From an uncultured Solirubrobacteraceae bacterium (GTDB taxonomy: Bacteria; Actinomycetota; Thermoleophilia; Solirubrobacterales; Solirubrobacteraceae): 64,000 nucleotides of DNA. The stretch spans positions 8,582-72,581 of the forward strand of contig CAVXSJ010000001.1 of NCBI GenBank assembly GCA_963764385.1, in the 5' to 3' direction. A program made the translations under genes and the position numbers. Below the pieces are notes generated by a model. That model saw nothing but the letters and a program-made list of their open reading frames with translations. It was not told the DNA's origin and did not search any database. Shown piece after piece: positions 1-9,277 of the stretch. Within the stretch, counting starts at the first letter, position 1. Each line of letters begins with the position of its first letter.

Positions 1-355
1 CCCGGCCGACCTCACGAGCATCGCGGTGGCCCTGGCCACCCAGTGCGAGGGCTCGGTGCTGATCTTCGAGAAGATGTTCGAGAACCGCCTGTTCTTCGTG
101 GACAAGCTGATCACCATGGGCGCCGAGATCACGATCTGCGACCCGCACCGGGCGATCGTCATCGGGCCGCGGCGGCTGCGCGGCCAGCGGCTCTCCTCGC
201 CCGACATCCGCGCCGGCATGGCGATGCTGATCGCCGCGCTGTGCGCCGACGGGATCAGCGAGATCCACAACGTCGAGCAGATCGACCGCGGCTACGAGCG
301 CATCGACGCACGCCTGCGCGACCTGGGCGCGGCGATCGAGCGCGTTCCGGCGTGA
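1..355 (+). CDS. murA: UDP-N-acetylglucosamine 1-carboxyvinyltransferase, C-terminal fragment (5' end lies outside the window)
   Basis: The frame is open to the window edge. The translation ...[23 protein letters not shown]...[13 protein letters not shown]...[17 protein letters not shown] matches the conserved MurA C-terminus. Confidence 0.85.
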   Translation, partial: PADLTSIAVALATQCEGSVLIFEKMFENRLFFVDKLITMGAEITICDPHRAIVIGPRRLRGQRLSSPDIRAGMAMLIAALCADGISEIHNVEQIDRGYERIDARLRDLGAAIERVPA

Positions 356-1278
356 TCCACCCGACGCCGTCGGGGACGCGCGACGTCCTGCCGGACGAGA
401 TGCGCGAGCTGAGGGCGATCACGGAGGCCATCCACGAGGTGTTCTCCGCCCGCGGGTACGGCGAGATCGCGACCCCGGCGCTCGAGTACGAGCAGGTCCT
501 GGTGCGCGGCGATGCGGCCGCGGCGGACCCGGCCTACAAGCTCTTCGACGAGCGCGGCGACGTGATGGTGCTGCGCTCGGACATGACGATCCCGATCGCC
601 CGCGTGGTGGCGTCCCGCTACCCGAGCGCCGAGCCCCCGCTGCGGTTCTGTTACTTCGCCCACGCGTACCGCAGCGTCCAGCCCCAGCGCGGGCAGACGC
701 GCGAGGTGCGCCAGGCCGGCATCGAGCTGGTCGGCGCTCCGGGGCCGGAAGGGACGGCGGAGGCGCTCGCGGTGCTGTGCGAGTCGCTGCAGGCGGCGGG
801 CCTGGAGAACTGGCGGATCGGGATCGGCGACGCGTCGCTGTACCCGCGGCTGCTGGACCGCATCGGCGTGCCGGACGGCGCGCGGGCGCAGATCCTCCAC
901 GAGCTGGTCACGCGCGACTACGTCGGGCTGGAGCGGGAGGTCGAGCGCTTCGGCGCGCCGGAGCTGCTCGAGGTGCCCCAGCGCCGCGGCGGGCCGGAGA
1001 TCCTCGACGCGCCGGAGACCGCCCAGCTGGCCGCCGTGCACGCGCTGCTGCCCGAGGAGGTGTGCGGGCGGCTGATCTTCGACCTCGGCCTCACGCGCTC
1101 GCTCGGCTATTACACGGGCGCCGTGTTCGAGGTCTACGACGCCGCGCTGGGCACGCCGATCGGCGGCGGCGGGCGCTACGACGACCTGCTCGGGCGCTTC
1201 GGGCGCGAGCTGCCGGCCTGCGGGTGGGCGCTCGACGTCGAGCGGCTGCACGCCGCCAAGGTCGGGGAGGGTCGATGA
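352..1278 (+). CDS. hisZ: ATP phosphoribosyltransferase regulatory subunit HisZ (HisRS paralogue)
   Basis: GTG 352 overlaps the murA stop. It has a HisRS-like core (TPALEYEQV..., [35 protein letters not shown]) but no anticodon-binding domain. An ATGA overlap couples it to hisG. Confidence 0.85.
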   Translation: MIHPTPSGTRDVLPDEMRELRAITEAIHEVFSARGYGEIATPALEYEQVLVRGDAAAADPAYKLFDERGDVMVLRSDMTIPIARVVASRYPSAEPPLRFCYFAHAYRSVQPQRGQTREVRQAGIELVGAPGPEGTAEALAVLCESLQAAGLENWRIGIGDASLYPRLLDRIGVPDGARAQILHELVTRDYVGLEREVERFGAPELLEVPQRRGGPEILDAPETAQLAAVHALLPEEVCGRLIFDLGLTRSLGYYTGAVFEVYDAALGTPIGGGGRYDDLLGRFGRELPACGWALDVERLHAAKVGEGR

Positions 1279-1938
1279 CGCCGCTCACCATCGCGGTGCC
1301 GCGCGGCGCCATGCTCGGCCACACGCTCGACCTGCTCGACCGGCTCGGGATCGATACCGCCGAGGTGCGCGCCAACGACCGCAAGCTGCTCTTCGAGGAC
1401 GCCGGGCTGGTCACGATGCGGCCCTCCGACGTGCCGACCTACGTGGAGGCGGGCGCCGCCGACCTGGGGATCACCGGCAAGGACGTGCTGGCCGAGAACC
1501 CCGACCGCGACGTCTACGAGCTGCTCGACCTCGGCTTCGGACCGTGCCGGATGGTGTTCGCGACCGTCGCCGGCGAGGACCGCGCCGCCGAGGCGCTGCG
1601 GCGGCTGGGCGTGATGCGGGTGGCGACGAAGTACCCGCGGATCGCGGCGCGCCTACTTCGAGCGCACCGGCCGCCAGGCGGAGATCGTCGAGGTCAAGGG
1701 CTCGGTCGAGCTCGCGCCGCTGACGGGGCTCGTGCACGGGATCGTGGACGTGACCGCCACCGGCACCACGCTGCGCGAGAACGGGCTCGTGATCCGCGAG
1801 GAGATCTCGGCCTCGACGGCGCGGCTGATCGCCAACCCGGTGGCGCACAAGCTCAAGGCGGCGGCGATCGACGACGTCGTGGCTCGGATCCGGAGCGGCG
1901 GGCCGGTGGCCGGCGAGGCGATCCGCGGTGGCGGCTGA
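1275..1938 (+). pseudogene. hisG: ATP phosphoribosyltransferase, short form, interrupted by one extra base near 1653
   Basis: The N-terminal part ([21 protein letters not shown]...VATKYPRIAAR) is in the frame of ORF 777..1946. The continuation (YFERTGRQAEIVEVKGSVELAPLTGLVHGIVDVTATGTTLRENGL...) is in the frame of ORF 1732..1938. The total length is 3n+1. Confidence 0.8.
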
Positions 1939-3166
1939 GCGGCTGACCTGCACCGTCGCCGACGCGGCGGAGGTCGCCGCGCGGGTGCGCGCGAGCGTGC
2001 CGCCGGGCGCTCGGTGGCCGAGGAGGTGCGCGACATCGTGGCCGCGGTGCGCGCGGGCGGCGACGAGGCGCTGCTCCGGTATGAGCGGCGCTTCGGTGGC
2101 GGCGACGCACCGCTGCGCGTCGCTCCCGACGAGTTGTCGGCGGCCCTGGAGGCGCTCGACGACGACGTCCGGAGCGGCCTCGAGGTGGCCATCGCCAACG
2201 TCCGGCGCAGTCGCCGAGGCGGGCGTCGACGCCGAGGCCGAGGCGCAACTGCCCCAGGGCCACACCGTGCGGCTGCGCGAGGTGCCCGTCTCCCGTGCCG
2301 CCATCTACGTCCCGGCGGGGCGCAACCCGTACCCCTCGACCGTGGTGATGGGGGCCGTGACCGCCCGCGCGGCCGGCGTCGACGAGGTGGTCGTGGCGGC
2401 CGGCGAGCACCCGGTGATCCTGGCCGCGTGCGCGCTGTGCGGGGTGGACGCGGTGTACCGGATGGGCGGCGCGCAGGCGATCGCGGCGCTCGCCTACGGC
2501 ACCGAGACGATCCCCGCCGCCGACGTGATCGTCGGCCCGGGCAGCCTGTGGGTGCAGGAGGCCAAGCGCCAGGTGTCGGGGGACGTGGGGATCGACGGGT
2601 TCGCCGGCCCCAGCGATCTGACGGTGATCCTCAGCGAGGGCGGCGACACCGAGGCGCTCCGGCTCGACCTGCTCGCCCAGGCCGAGCACGGCGAGGGCTC
2701 GCTGGTGGTGGCGGTGAGCGACGACGAGGCGCTGCTGGAGGCGGTGGGCGACATCGGCGACGAGGTGGCCGCCGGGGGCGGCCAGGCCATCGCGGTGCTC
2801 GCCGAGTCGCTCGAGGCGGCGCTGGCGTTCGCGGACGCGCTGGCGCCCGAGCACCTGCAGCTCGCCGGCGAGGCCGCGGAGGCGCTCGCGCCCCGCGTGC
2901 GCCGCGCCGGCTGCCTGTTCGTGGGCTCCGACACCGGCACGGCGTTCGGCGACTACGTGGCCGGCTCCAACCACACGCTGCCCACCGGCGGGGCGGCGCG
3001 TTTCGCCTCCGGGCTGTCCGCGCGGCACTTCCGGCGGCGCATGGCCGAGGTGCGCCTCGGGCCCGCCGCGGGAGAGCTCGCGCGGGCCGGTGCGCCCATC
3101 GCGAGGGCGGAGGGGTTCGCCCGGCACGCCGCTTCGATGGAGATCCGGGAGAATCCCCGCCCGTGA
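1928..3166 (+). CDS. hisD: Histidinol dehydrogenase; continuous ORF, but about 65 codons (2011-2209) are read out of frame
   Basis: The C-terminal 340 aa are typical HisD (YVPAGRNPYPSTVVM, YRMGGAQAIAALAYGT, GPGSLWVQEAKR, LLAQAEHG, FGDYVAGSNHTLPT). The conserved N-terminal block VAEEVRDIVAAVRAGGDEALLRYERRFGG...LEVAIANVR is encoded in the other frame (ORF 2014..). Confidence 0.85.
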   Translation: MAAERLTCTVADAAEVAARVRASVPPGARWPRRCATSWPRCARAATRRCSGMSGASVAATHRCASLPTSCRRPWRRSTTTSGAASRWPSPTSGAVAEAGVDAEAEAQLPQGHTVRLREVPVSRAAIYVPAGRNPYPSTVVMGAVTARAAGVDEVVVAAGEHPVILAACALCGVDAVYRMGGAQAIAALAYGTETIPAADVIVGPGSLWVQEAKRQVSGDVGIDGFAGPSDLTVILSEGGDTEALRLDLLAQAEHGEGSLVVAVSDDEALLEAVGDIGDEVAAGGGQAIAVLAESLEAALAFADALAPEHLQLAGEAAEALAPRVRRAGCLFVGSDTGTAFGDYVAGSNHTLPTGGAARFASGLSARHFRRRMAEVRLGPAAGELARAGAPIARAEGFARHAASMEIRENPRP

Positions 3167-3765
3167 CCGAGCGCAGCGCGGACATCGAACGACGGACCGC
3201 GGAGACGAGCGTCTTCCTGCGGCTGGGCCTCGACGGGACCGGGGCGGGCACCCGGAGCACCGGCGTCGGGTTCCTGGACCATATGCTCGACCTGCTCGCC
3301 CGCCACGGGCGGCTGGACCTCGAGGTGCGGGTGGAGGGCGACCTGCAGACGGGCTCGCACCACACCGTCGAGGACACCGGGATCGTGCTCGGTCAGGCGC
3401 TCGACAGCGCGCTCGGCGAGCGGCGCGGGATCGTGCGCTACGGGCACGCCGTGGTGCCGATGGACGAGGCGCGCGCCGCCTGTGCGATCGACATCTCCGG
3501 GCGGCCGTACTGCGCCATCGAGGGCTTCGAGCGCCTCCCGGCGGGCGACATCGCCGGCTTCGAGCACGAGGTCGCCGAGGAGTTCTTCCGCGCGGTGGCC
3601 TCCGCCGCCCGGCTGACGCTGCACCTCGACCTGCAGGCCGGCACCAACGCGCACCACATGATCGAGGCGTGCTTCAAGGCCCTCGCCCGCGCGCTGCGGG
3701 CCGCGGTGGCGATCGACCCGACCGAGACCGGCGTGCCGTCCACGAAGGGGACCCTGTCGACGTGA
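3163..3765 (+). CDS. hisB: Imidazoleglycerol-phosphate dehydratase
   Basis: GTG 3163 overlaps the hisD stop. Motifs seen: RRTAETSV, GVGFLDHMLDLLARHG, HHTVEDTGIVLG, HHMIEACFKALARAL. Confidence 0.9.
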   Translation: MTERSADIERRTAETSVFLRLGLDGTGAGTRSTGVGFLDHMLDLLARHGRLDLEVRVEGDLQTGSHHTVEDTGIVLGQALDSALGERRGIVRYGHAVVPMDEARAACAIDISGRPYCAIEGFERLPAGDIAGFEHEVAEEFFRAVASAARLTLHLDLQAGTNAHHMIEACFKALARALRAAVAIDPTETGVPSTKGTLST

Positions 3766-4376
3766 TCGCGATCTGCGACTACGGGATGGGCAATCGCCGC
3801 AGCGTGGAGAAGGCGCTCGAGCACGTCGGCGCGAGCACGGTCGTCACCGCCGACCACGACGTGCTGCGGTCCGCGGACGGGGTGATCCTCCCGGGCGTCG
3901 GCGCGTTCCCCGAGGCGATGCGCAACGTGATGGCGCTCGGCCTCGACGAGGTGCTCCGTGAGCGCGCGGCCTCCGGCGCGCCGCTGCTCGGCGTCTGCCT
4001 CGGGATGCAACTGCTGTTCGAGCGCTCCACCGAGTTCGAGGGCGCCGCGGGCCTCGGCCTGCTGCCCGGCGACGTGACGCCGCTGCGCGCGCCCAAGCTC
4101 CCGCACATCGGCTGGAACCTGGTCGCCCTCGAGCGCCCGAGCGCGCTCACCGAGGGCCTCGGCGAGGCGGCGGCCTTCTACCACGTGCACTCGTTCGCCT
4201 GCCGGCCGTCGGAGCCTGGCGACGTCGTCGGGCGCGGCACCTACGGCGAGCCGTTCGCCTCGATCGTCGAGCGCGGCGCCGTGTTCGGGGTCCAGTTCCA
4301 CCCGGAGAAGTCCTCGCGCGACGGGCTCGCGCTGCTCGCCAACTTCGCCAGGGTGTGCGCGAGGGTGGCGGCGTGA
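3762..4376 (+). CDS. hisH: Imidazole glycerol phosphate synthase, glutamine amidotransferase subunit
   Basis: GTGA overlap with hisB. Motifs seen: VIAICDYGMGNRRSV, ILPGVGAF, GVCLGMQLL, HVHSF, GVQFHPEKS. Confidence 0.9.
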   Translation: MIAICDYGMGNRRSVEKALEHVGASTVVTADHDVLRSADGVILPGVGAFPEAMRNVMALGLDEVLRERAASGAPLLGVCLGMQLLFERSTEFEGAAGLGLLPGDVTPLRAPKLPHIGWNLVALERPSALTEGLGEAAAFYHVHSFACRPSEPGDVVGRGTYGEPFASIVERGAVFGVQFHPEKSSRDGLALLANFARVCARVAA

Positions 4377-5101
4377 TCCTCTACCCGGCCATCGACATCC
4401 TCGAGGGGCAGGCGGTGCGGCTCGTGCAGGGCCGCTTCGAGGACCGCACCGTCTACAACGACGACCCGGCGCAGGCCGCGCAGAGCTGGGTCGACGCCGG
4501 GGCGCGCTTCCTGCACGTCGTCGACCTCGACGGCGCGCGCTCCGGCGAGCCGAAGTCGATCGAGCACCTGCGCCGGATCACCAAAGGGACCGGCGTCCCC
4601 GTCCAGTACGGCGGCGGGCTGCGTACGCTCGCTGCGGTGCGGGAGGCGCTGCGCGCCGGCGCCGAGCGCGCCGTGGTCGGCACCGCCGCGTTCCGCGACG
4701 TCGACTTCCTCGACGACATCCTGCGCGCCTTCGGGCCGCGGATCGTCGTCTCGGTCGACGTGCGCGCCGGGATGATCTCCACGTCGGGCTGGACGCAGAC
4801 CACGCAGATGCCGGCCGCGGACGCGATCCGCCGGCTCGGCGACCGCGGCGTGCGCTCGTTCGTCTACACCAACGTCGACCGCGACGGCAAGCTCGAGGGA
4901 CCCGACCTCGACGAGGTCGCCGCCGTGGCCGAGGCCGTGCGCGGCCGCTTCATCTACTCCGGCGGGATCGGGCAGCTCGAGGACCTCAGCGGCCTCGCCG
5001 CGCTGCGGCAGGTCAACCTCGCCGGGGTGATCGTCGGCAAGGCGCTCTACGAGGGCCGCTTCACGATCGCCGAGGGGCAGGCGGCGCTCGACGGCGCGTG
5101 A
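4373..5101 (+). CDS. hisA: ProFAR isomerase (HisA/PriA type)
   Basis: GTG 4373 overlaps the hisH stop. Motifs seen: ILYPAIDILEGQAVRLVQG, LHVVDLDGA, QYGGGLR, VVGTAA, FVYTNVDRDG, YSGGIG, GVIVGKALYEG. Confidence 0.88.
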   Translation: MILYPAIDILEGQAVRLVQGRFEDRTVYNDDPAQAAQSWVDAGARFLHVVDLDGARSGEPKSIEHLRRITKGTGVPVQYGGGLRTLAAVREALRAGAERAVVGTAAFRDVDFLDDILRAFGPRIVVSVDVRAGMISTSGWTQTTQMPAADAIRRLGDRGVRSFVYTNVDRDGKLEGPDLDEVAAVAEAVRGRFIYSGGIGQLEDLSGLAALRQVNLAGVIVGKALYEGRFTIAEGQAALDGA

Positions 5102-5619
5102 GGATCCGCCGCGGCACAGCCGCCGACGCGGACGCCGTGATCGGGCTGTTCGACGAGGCCGTCGCCTGGATGGTCGCGCGCGGGCAGACCGGGCAGTGGG
5201 GCACCAGGCCGATGTCCGAGAACGAGAAGCTCGGCGCCCGGGTGCGCGAGTGGGCGACCGGCGATGGGCTGTGGATGGCCGAGCAGGACGGCGCGACGGC
5301 CGGCGCGCTGGTCGTTGGGGAGCGCCCGGAGCACGTGCACCCCGCCGACGAGCCCGAGCTGTACGTCGAGTTGCTGCTGAGCTCGCGCCGGCTGGCGGGG
5401 AACCGGATCGGGGCGCGCCTGATCATGCGCGCCATCGAGCTGGCCCGGGAGCGCGGGGTGGAGCTGCTGCGGGTGGACTGCTGGGCGGGCGCGCCGAAGC
5501 TGGTCGGGTTCTACGAGGACCAGGGGTTCGTCAAGGACGGGACCTTCGACGTGCGCGGCTGGATCGGTCAGGTCTTCTCGATGCGCCTCGGCCACCAGCC
5601 GGGCACCTCGCTCCGGTAA
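5098..5619 (+). CDS. GNAT-family N-acetyltransferase
   Basis: 173 aa with an acetyl-CoA-binding-like segment (RRLAGNRIGARLIMRAIELARERG) and a C-terminal FYEDQGF motif. The start overlaps the hisA stop. Confidence 0.7.
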   Translation: MRIRRGTAADADAVIGLFDEAVAWMVARGQTGQWGTRPMSENEKLGARVREWATGDGLWMAEQDGATAGALVVGERPEHVHPADEPELYVELLLSSRRLAGNRIGARLIMRAIELARERGVELLRVDCWAGAPKLVGFYEDQGFVKDGTFDVRGWIGQVFSMRLGHQPGTSLR

Positions 5620-6062
5620 CGCTCGTACTCGGCGCCGTACCGGGCGGCCAGCGTCGGCTCCTCGTAGCCGGTCGCGAACGCCCACATCGCGGCGCCCGCG
5701 ACCGCGGCCCACACCACCAGCACGGGCTGGGCGAGCAGCGCCGCCTGGCCGAGGATGGTCGCCACCACCGCCAGGTACATCGGGTTGCGCACGCGGCGGT
5801 ACAGCCCACCGACCACGAGGTGCTCGGTGGGGGCGACGGGGGCGGGCGTACCGACGCCCTCGCTGACGAAGCGCGCGAACGCCTGCACCAGCAGCGGCAC
5901 CCCGGCCGCGATCAGCACGCCGCCCGCGACCCGCAGCGCGAGCGGACCGCCGTCGGCGTCCCAGCCGGTCAGCGCGTATGGGATCGCGCCCGCCACCATG
6001 CCGGGGGCGAACGCGAAGAACAGCGAGCTGCCGGCGGCGGCCCGCGCGCGGTCCTGGCTCAT
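5568..6062 (-). CDS. Isoprenylcysteine carboxyl methyltransferase (ICMT/PEMT) family membrane protein
   Basis: Multi-TM protein with the family C-terminal signature: GLYRRVRNPMYLAVV ... YEEPTLAARYGAEYERYRSEVP. Confidence 0.75.
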   Translation of the reverse strand: MSQDRARAAAGSSLFFAFAPGMVAGAIPYALTGWDADGGPLALRVAGGVLIAAGVPLLVQAFARFVSEGVGTPAPVAPTEHLVVGGLYRRVRNPMYLAVVATILGQAALLAQPVLVVWAAVAGAAMWAFATGYEEPTLAARYGAEYERYRSEVPGWWPRRIEKT

Positions 6063-6976
6063 GCCGGAACCGCGACGCGGGGGGTGGACCGCTGCGGCTC
6101 GCGCGCGGCAGCCGGGGAGCGCCGCCGGGAGAGCACGATCAGCGTCGCGCCGGCCAGCGCCCAGCCGGCCAGCACCAGCAGCGGCTGCGTGAGCGCGGAG
6201 GCGTCGAAGTACGCGACGGTGCGCAGAGCCTGGCCGCCGGCGCCGGGCGGGAGCAGCTGGCCGGCGACGTGCCAGAAGCCGGGGAGCAGCTCGGGAGCGC
6301 CCGCGTTGCCCGAGCCCGGGTTGCCGATCGCGACGAACAGCAGGGCGGCGATCCCGGCGCCGAGGGAACCCATGAGACGGATCAGCCCGGCCACCGGCAG
6401 CGTTACGGCGAGCACGATCAGCGCAGCAACCGCCGACAGTGCGAGGTAGTCGCCCGGCATCGCGTCCATGACCGGCGAGATCAGCGCGACGACGAGCAAC
6501 CCGCTGGCCGCGGCGAAGGCGGTCAGCGCCCCCAGCAAACGGCCGCGGCTCAGGCCCGCGCGGACCAGCAGGAAGGCGAGCGGGAACGTCACGAGGATCA
6601 GCGGCAGGAACGCGGCGTTGATGGTCGCCCCGCGCGGGTCGGCCTTGGCGGTGGGCACGACGTCACGGACGGTCATGCCTCCGGCGTTCTCGCGCAGCAT
6701 CTGCGCGACCACCGGGCTCGCTGCGGAGGCGACCAGCACCGTGCGCTCGGCGGGGATCACGGCGCCGTACACGTCGCGCCGCTCGATCGCGGCGCGGGCC
6801 CGATCGGCGTCGGCGTAGCGGTGGACCTCGAAGGCGCCCGGCAGCTTTGCCTGGCCGACGACGCCGACCGGGAGGTCGTGAGGACGCGGGTCGTGGGCGG
6901 GGACGACGAAGGCGGCCACGAGCAGGACCTGGAGGAGGAGAAGGCCGACGATGAGCTGTATGGCGCGGCGGGGCAT
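6059..6976 (-). CDS. Integral membrane protein, YhgE/Pip- or ABC-2-like topology
   Basis: An N-terminal TM helix, an extracytoplasmic segment of about 120 aa, then 5 predicted TM helices. Divergent from a TetR gene and translationally coupled to the ICMT gene. Confidence 0.55.
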   Translation of the reverse strand: MPRRAIQLIVGLLLLQVLLVAAFVVPAHDPRPHDLPVGVVGQAKLPGAFEVHRYADADRARAAIERRDVYGAVIPAERTVLVASAASPVVAQMLRENAGGMTVRDVVPTAKADPRGATINAAFLPLILVTFPLAFLLVRAGLSRGRLLGALTAFAAASGLLVVALISPVMDAMPGDYLALSAVAALIVLAVTLPVAGLIRLMGSLGAGIAALLFVAIGNPGSGNAGAPELLPGFWHVAGQLLPPGAGGQALRTVAYFDASALTQPLLVLAGWALAGATLIVLSRRRSPAAAREPQRSTPRVAVPA

Positions 6977-6994
6977 GGAGGACCCTCCTTAGAA

Positions 6995-7009
6995 TTCAAC
7001 AGTGGTTGA
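6995..7009. promoter_or_regulatory. Candidate TetR operator 1 (TTCAACAGTGGTTGA; arms TCAAC/GTTGA)
   Basis: Inverted repeat in the 69-nt divergent intergenic region. The same 15-mer recurs 44 nt downstream. Confidence 0.45.
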
Positions 7010-7038
7010 GAAGGACGTTACAGGTCCTCGGCTAATAT

Positions 7039-7053
7039 TTCAACCGTGGCTGA
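7039..7053. promoter_or_regulatory. Candidate TetR operator 2 (TTCAACCGTGGCTGA), overlapping the tetR start codon
   Basis: 13 of 15 positions are identical to site 1. It lies inside the imperfect palindrome TTTCAACCGTGGCTGAAA and overlaps GTG 7046. Confidence 0.45.
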
Positions 7054-7642
7054 AATCAAGCGAGGCCGCCGGCCGGGCCCGAGCAGGACGCGAGAGGCGA
7101 TCCTCGCTGCGGCCCGTGAGTCGTTCAGCGCGCAGGGGTACGACCGCACGCGGATGCGCGACGTCGCCGCGAGCGCCGGCGTCGACGTGGCGCTCGTCAA
7201 CTACCACTTCAAATCCAAGGACGGACTGTTCGCCGCCGCCCTGGAGATGCCCGTGAGCCTTCCGGAGCTGCTGGCCGGCGTGCTCGACGAGGGCGAGCTG
7301 GAGGACTTCGCCGCCCGCTTCCTGCGCCGGATCCTGGAGGTGTGGGACGACGATCTGCACGCCTCGGCGCTCGTCGCCATGGTGCGCTCGGCGATGAGCC
7401 ACGAGCCCGCCGCGGCGGCGCTGCGCGGGTTCGTCCGCGCCGAGCTGCTCGACCGGATCGCGGCGCGGCTCGACGAGCCCGACGCCGAGGAGCGCTCCGC
7501 GCTGTTCGGCTCCCAGCTGCTGGGGCTGTTGATGTACCGCCACGTCCTCAAGGTCGAGCCGATCGCCTCGATGGCCCCGGAGGCGATCGTGGAGCGGATG
7601 GCGCCCGGGATGCAGCACTACCTCACCGGTCACACTGGGTGA
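7046..7642 (+). CDS. TetR/AcrR-family transcriptional regulator
   Basis: N-terminal HTH: [48 protein letters not shown]. Confidence 0.85.
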   Translation: MAEIKRGRRPGPSRTREAILAAARESFSAQGYDRTRMRDVAASAGVDVALVNYHFKSKDGLFAAALEMPVSLPELLAGVLDEGELEDFAARFLRRILEVWDDDLHASALVAMVRSAMSHEPAAAALRGFVRAELLDRIAARLDEPDAEERSALFGSQLLGLLMYRHVLKVEPIASMAPEAIVERMAPGMQHYLTGHTG

Positions 7643-7643
7643 C

Positions 7644-8399
7644 GTGCACTACAAGCGCGTGATCCCCTGCATGGACGTCGACGCCGGCCGCGTGGTCAAG
7701 GGCACGAAGTTCATCGACATCCGTGACGCCGGCGACCCGGTCGAGCTGGCCGCGCATTACGACGCGGAGGGCGCCGACGAGCTCGTGTTCCTCGACATCA
7801 CGGCGACCTCGGACAAGCGCTCGACCGTGGTGGAGCTCGCGCGCCGGGCGGCCGACGACGTGTTCGTCCCCTTCACGATCGGCGGCGGGGTGCGCGAGGT
7901 GGCCGACGCACACGCGGTGCTCGACGCGGGGGCCGACAAGGTCTCGATCAACTCCGCGGCGGTCGCGCGCCCGGCCCTGCTCGACGAGCTCGCCCAGGTG
8001 TTCGGCGCCCAGTGCGTGGTGCTGGCCATCGACGCCAAGCGCGGCGCGGACGGCTGGGAGGTGTACGTGGCGGGCGGCCGGACGGCGACGGGGGTCGACG
8101 CGGTGACGTGGGCGCGCGAGGGCGTCGAGCGAGGGGCGGGGGAGATCCTGCTGACCTCGATGGACCGCGACGGCACCCAGGACGGCTACGACACCGACCT
8201 GCTGCGGGCGATCTCCGGGGCGGTCGACGTGCCCGTGATCGCCTCGGGCGGCGCGGGTGAGCCCGAGCACCTCGTCGACGGATTCGCCGCCGGGGCCGAC
8301 GCCGTGCTGTGCGCGTCGATCTTCCACTACGGGCGCTACCGCGTGGGCGAGGTCAAGGACCACCTCGCCGCCGCCGGCGTGCCGGTGAGGCCGCGGTGA
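7644..8399 (+). CDS. hisF: Imidazole glycerol phosphate synthase, cyclase subunit
   Basis: Motifs seen: [66 protein letters not shown]. Confidence 0.92.
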   Translation: MHYKRVIPCMDVDAGRVVKGTKFIDIRDAGDPVELAAHYDAEGADELVFLDITATSDKRSTVVELARRAADDVFVPFTIGGGVREVADAHAVLDAGADKVSINSAAVARPALLDELAQVFGAQCVVLAIDAKRGADGWEVYVAGGRTATGVDAVTWAREGVERGAGEILLTSMDRDGTQDGYDTDLLRAISGAVDVPVIASGGAGEPEHLVDGFAAGADAVLCASIFHYGRYRVGEVKDHLAAAGVPVRPR

Positions 8400-8427
8400 A
8401 GCGCGGCATCTCCATCGCCGAGGTCGG

Positions 8428-8793
8428 CTAGGCGAGGCCGAACACGCGGCGGGCGTTGCCGGCCAGGAACAGCTCGCGCGTCTCTCTGTCGAGATCGAGG
8501 GCGTCGAGGTGCTCGAGCGCCTGCCGCGGCGCGCGGCCGGTCTCGGAGGGCCGCAGCGGCCCGGTGTGCCCGACCTGCGTGCAGAACGGGATGCCGAGCT
8601 CCACGCACGCGGCGTACAGCGGGTAGTGGCGGCGGTCGGTGGGCGGGGCTTCCCACAGCCACGGGATCACGCGCAGCGCCTTGAAGCCGAGCTCGCTGGG
8701 CATCTCGCCGGCGGTCCAGCGCCGCAGCGGCGCGAACATGTCGTGCGCGATGAAGCGCGGCGTCGGATGCTGCAGCCAGGCGTCGACGATCAT
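8428..8793 (-). CDS. Short amidohydrolase-2 (TIM-barrel metal hydrolase)-like protein, probably a shortened relic
   Basis: 121 aa. It keeps the family N-terminus (MIVDAWLQHP), the YPLYAACVELGIPF block and the C-terminus (LFLAGNARRVFGL). It appears to lack over 100 aa of the usual fold of about 280 aa. Confidence 0.4.
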   Translation of the reverse strand: MIVDAWLQHPTPRFIAHDMFAPLRRWTAGEMPSELGFKALRVIPWLWEAPPTDRRHYPLYAACVELGIPFCTQVGHTGPLRPSETGRAPRQALEHLDALDLDRETRELFLAGNARRVFGLA

Positions 8794-9254
8794 CGGACGC
8801 GGAGCTCGATCTCGTCGGCCGGCGCGAGCAGCATCGTCAGCCCGACCCGAGGATCGCGCGGGGAGGCCCGCAGCTCGCGCAGGACGATCGCGGCCAGCGG
8901 ACGCCCCGCGTCGAGCTCGCCGGCCAGCTCGGCGGCGATCTCACGCGGGACCCAGCCGAGTTGCTCGCCGCCGGGGACGTGGACGGCGATCGCGTTCGGG
9001 TCGTGCTCGTTGCCGGCGTCGCGGCGCAGCTCCAGCGGCCGCCCTGGGGCGACCTCGTCGGAGTGGAGCGCCTCGGCGTGGTGCCGGGCGGCGCCCGCCA
9101 CCCCGGCGATGGTCAGGCCGGCCGCGGCGAGCTCCGGCGCGTCGCGGGCCAGGAAGCGCCCGTCGGCGCCGACGGGCTGGTAACCGGCGAGCCAGACGAC
9201 GCCGCCGTCGTCCGGGTACCAGTAGCGCTCCTCGAGCTCGACGTCGACGACCAC
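8790..9254 (-). CDS. HIRAN-domain protein
   Basis: LELRRDAGNEHDPNAIAVHVPGGEQLGWVPREIAAELAGELDAG is a typical HIRAN core. I chose GTG 9254 as the start because the longer ORF (to 9353) overlaps the neighbouring gene with an Arg-rich tail. Confidence 0.6.
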   Translation of the reverse strand: MVVDVELEERYWYPDDGGVVWLAGYQPVGADGRFLARDAPELAAAGLTIAGVAGAARHHAEALHSDEVAPGRPLELRRDAGNEHDPNAIAVHVPGGEQLGWVPREIAAELAGELDAGRPLAAIVLRELRASPRDPRVGLTMLLAPADEIELRVR

Positions 9255-9277
9255 TCGGGCGAGGCTACTCTGGCGGC

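Noticed and set aside
8639-9277. An N-terminal extension of over 200 aa on the nuclease ORF (8639..10597), and the extension of the HIRAN ORF to 9353.
   Set aside because: Both extensions are Arg-rich, overlap the neighbouring gene on the other strand, and precede a clear signal peptide or domain start.
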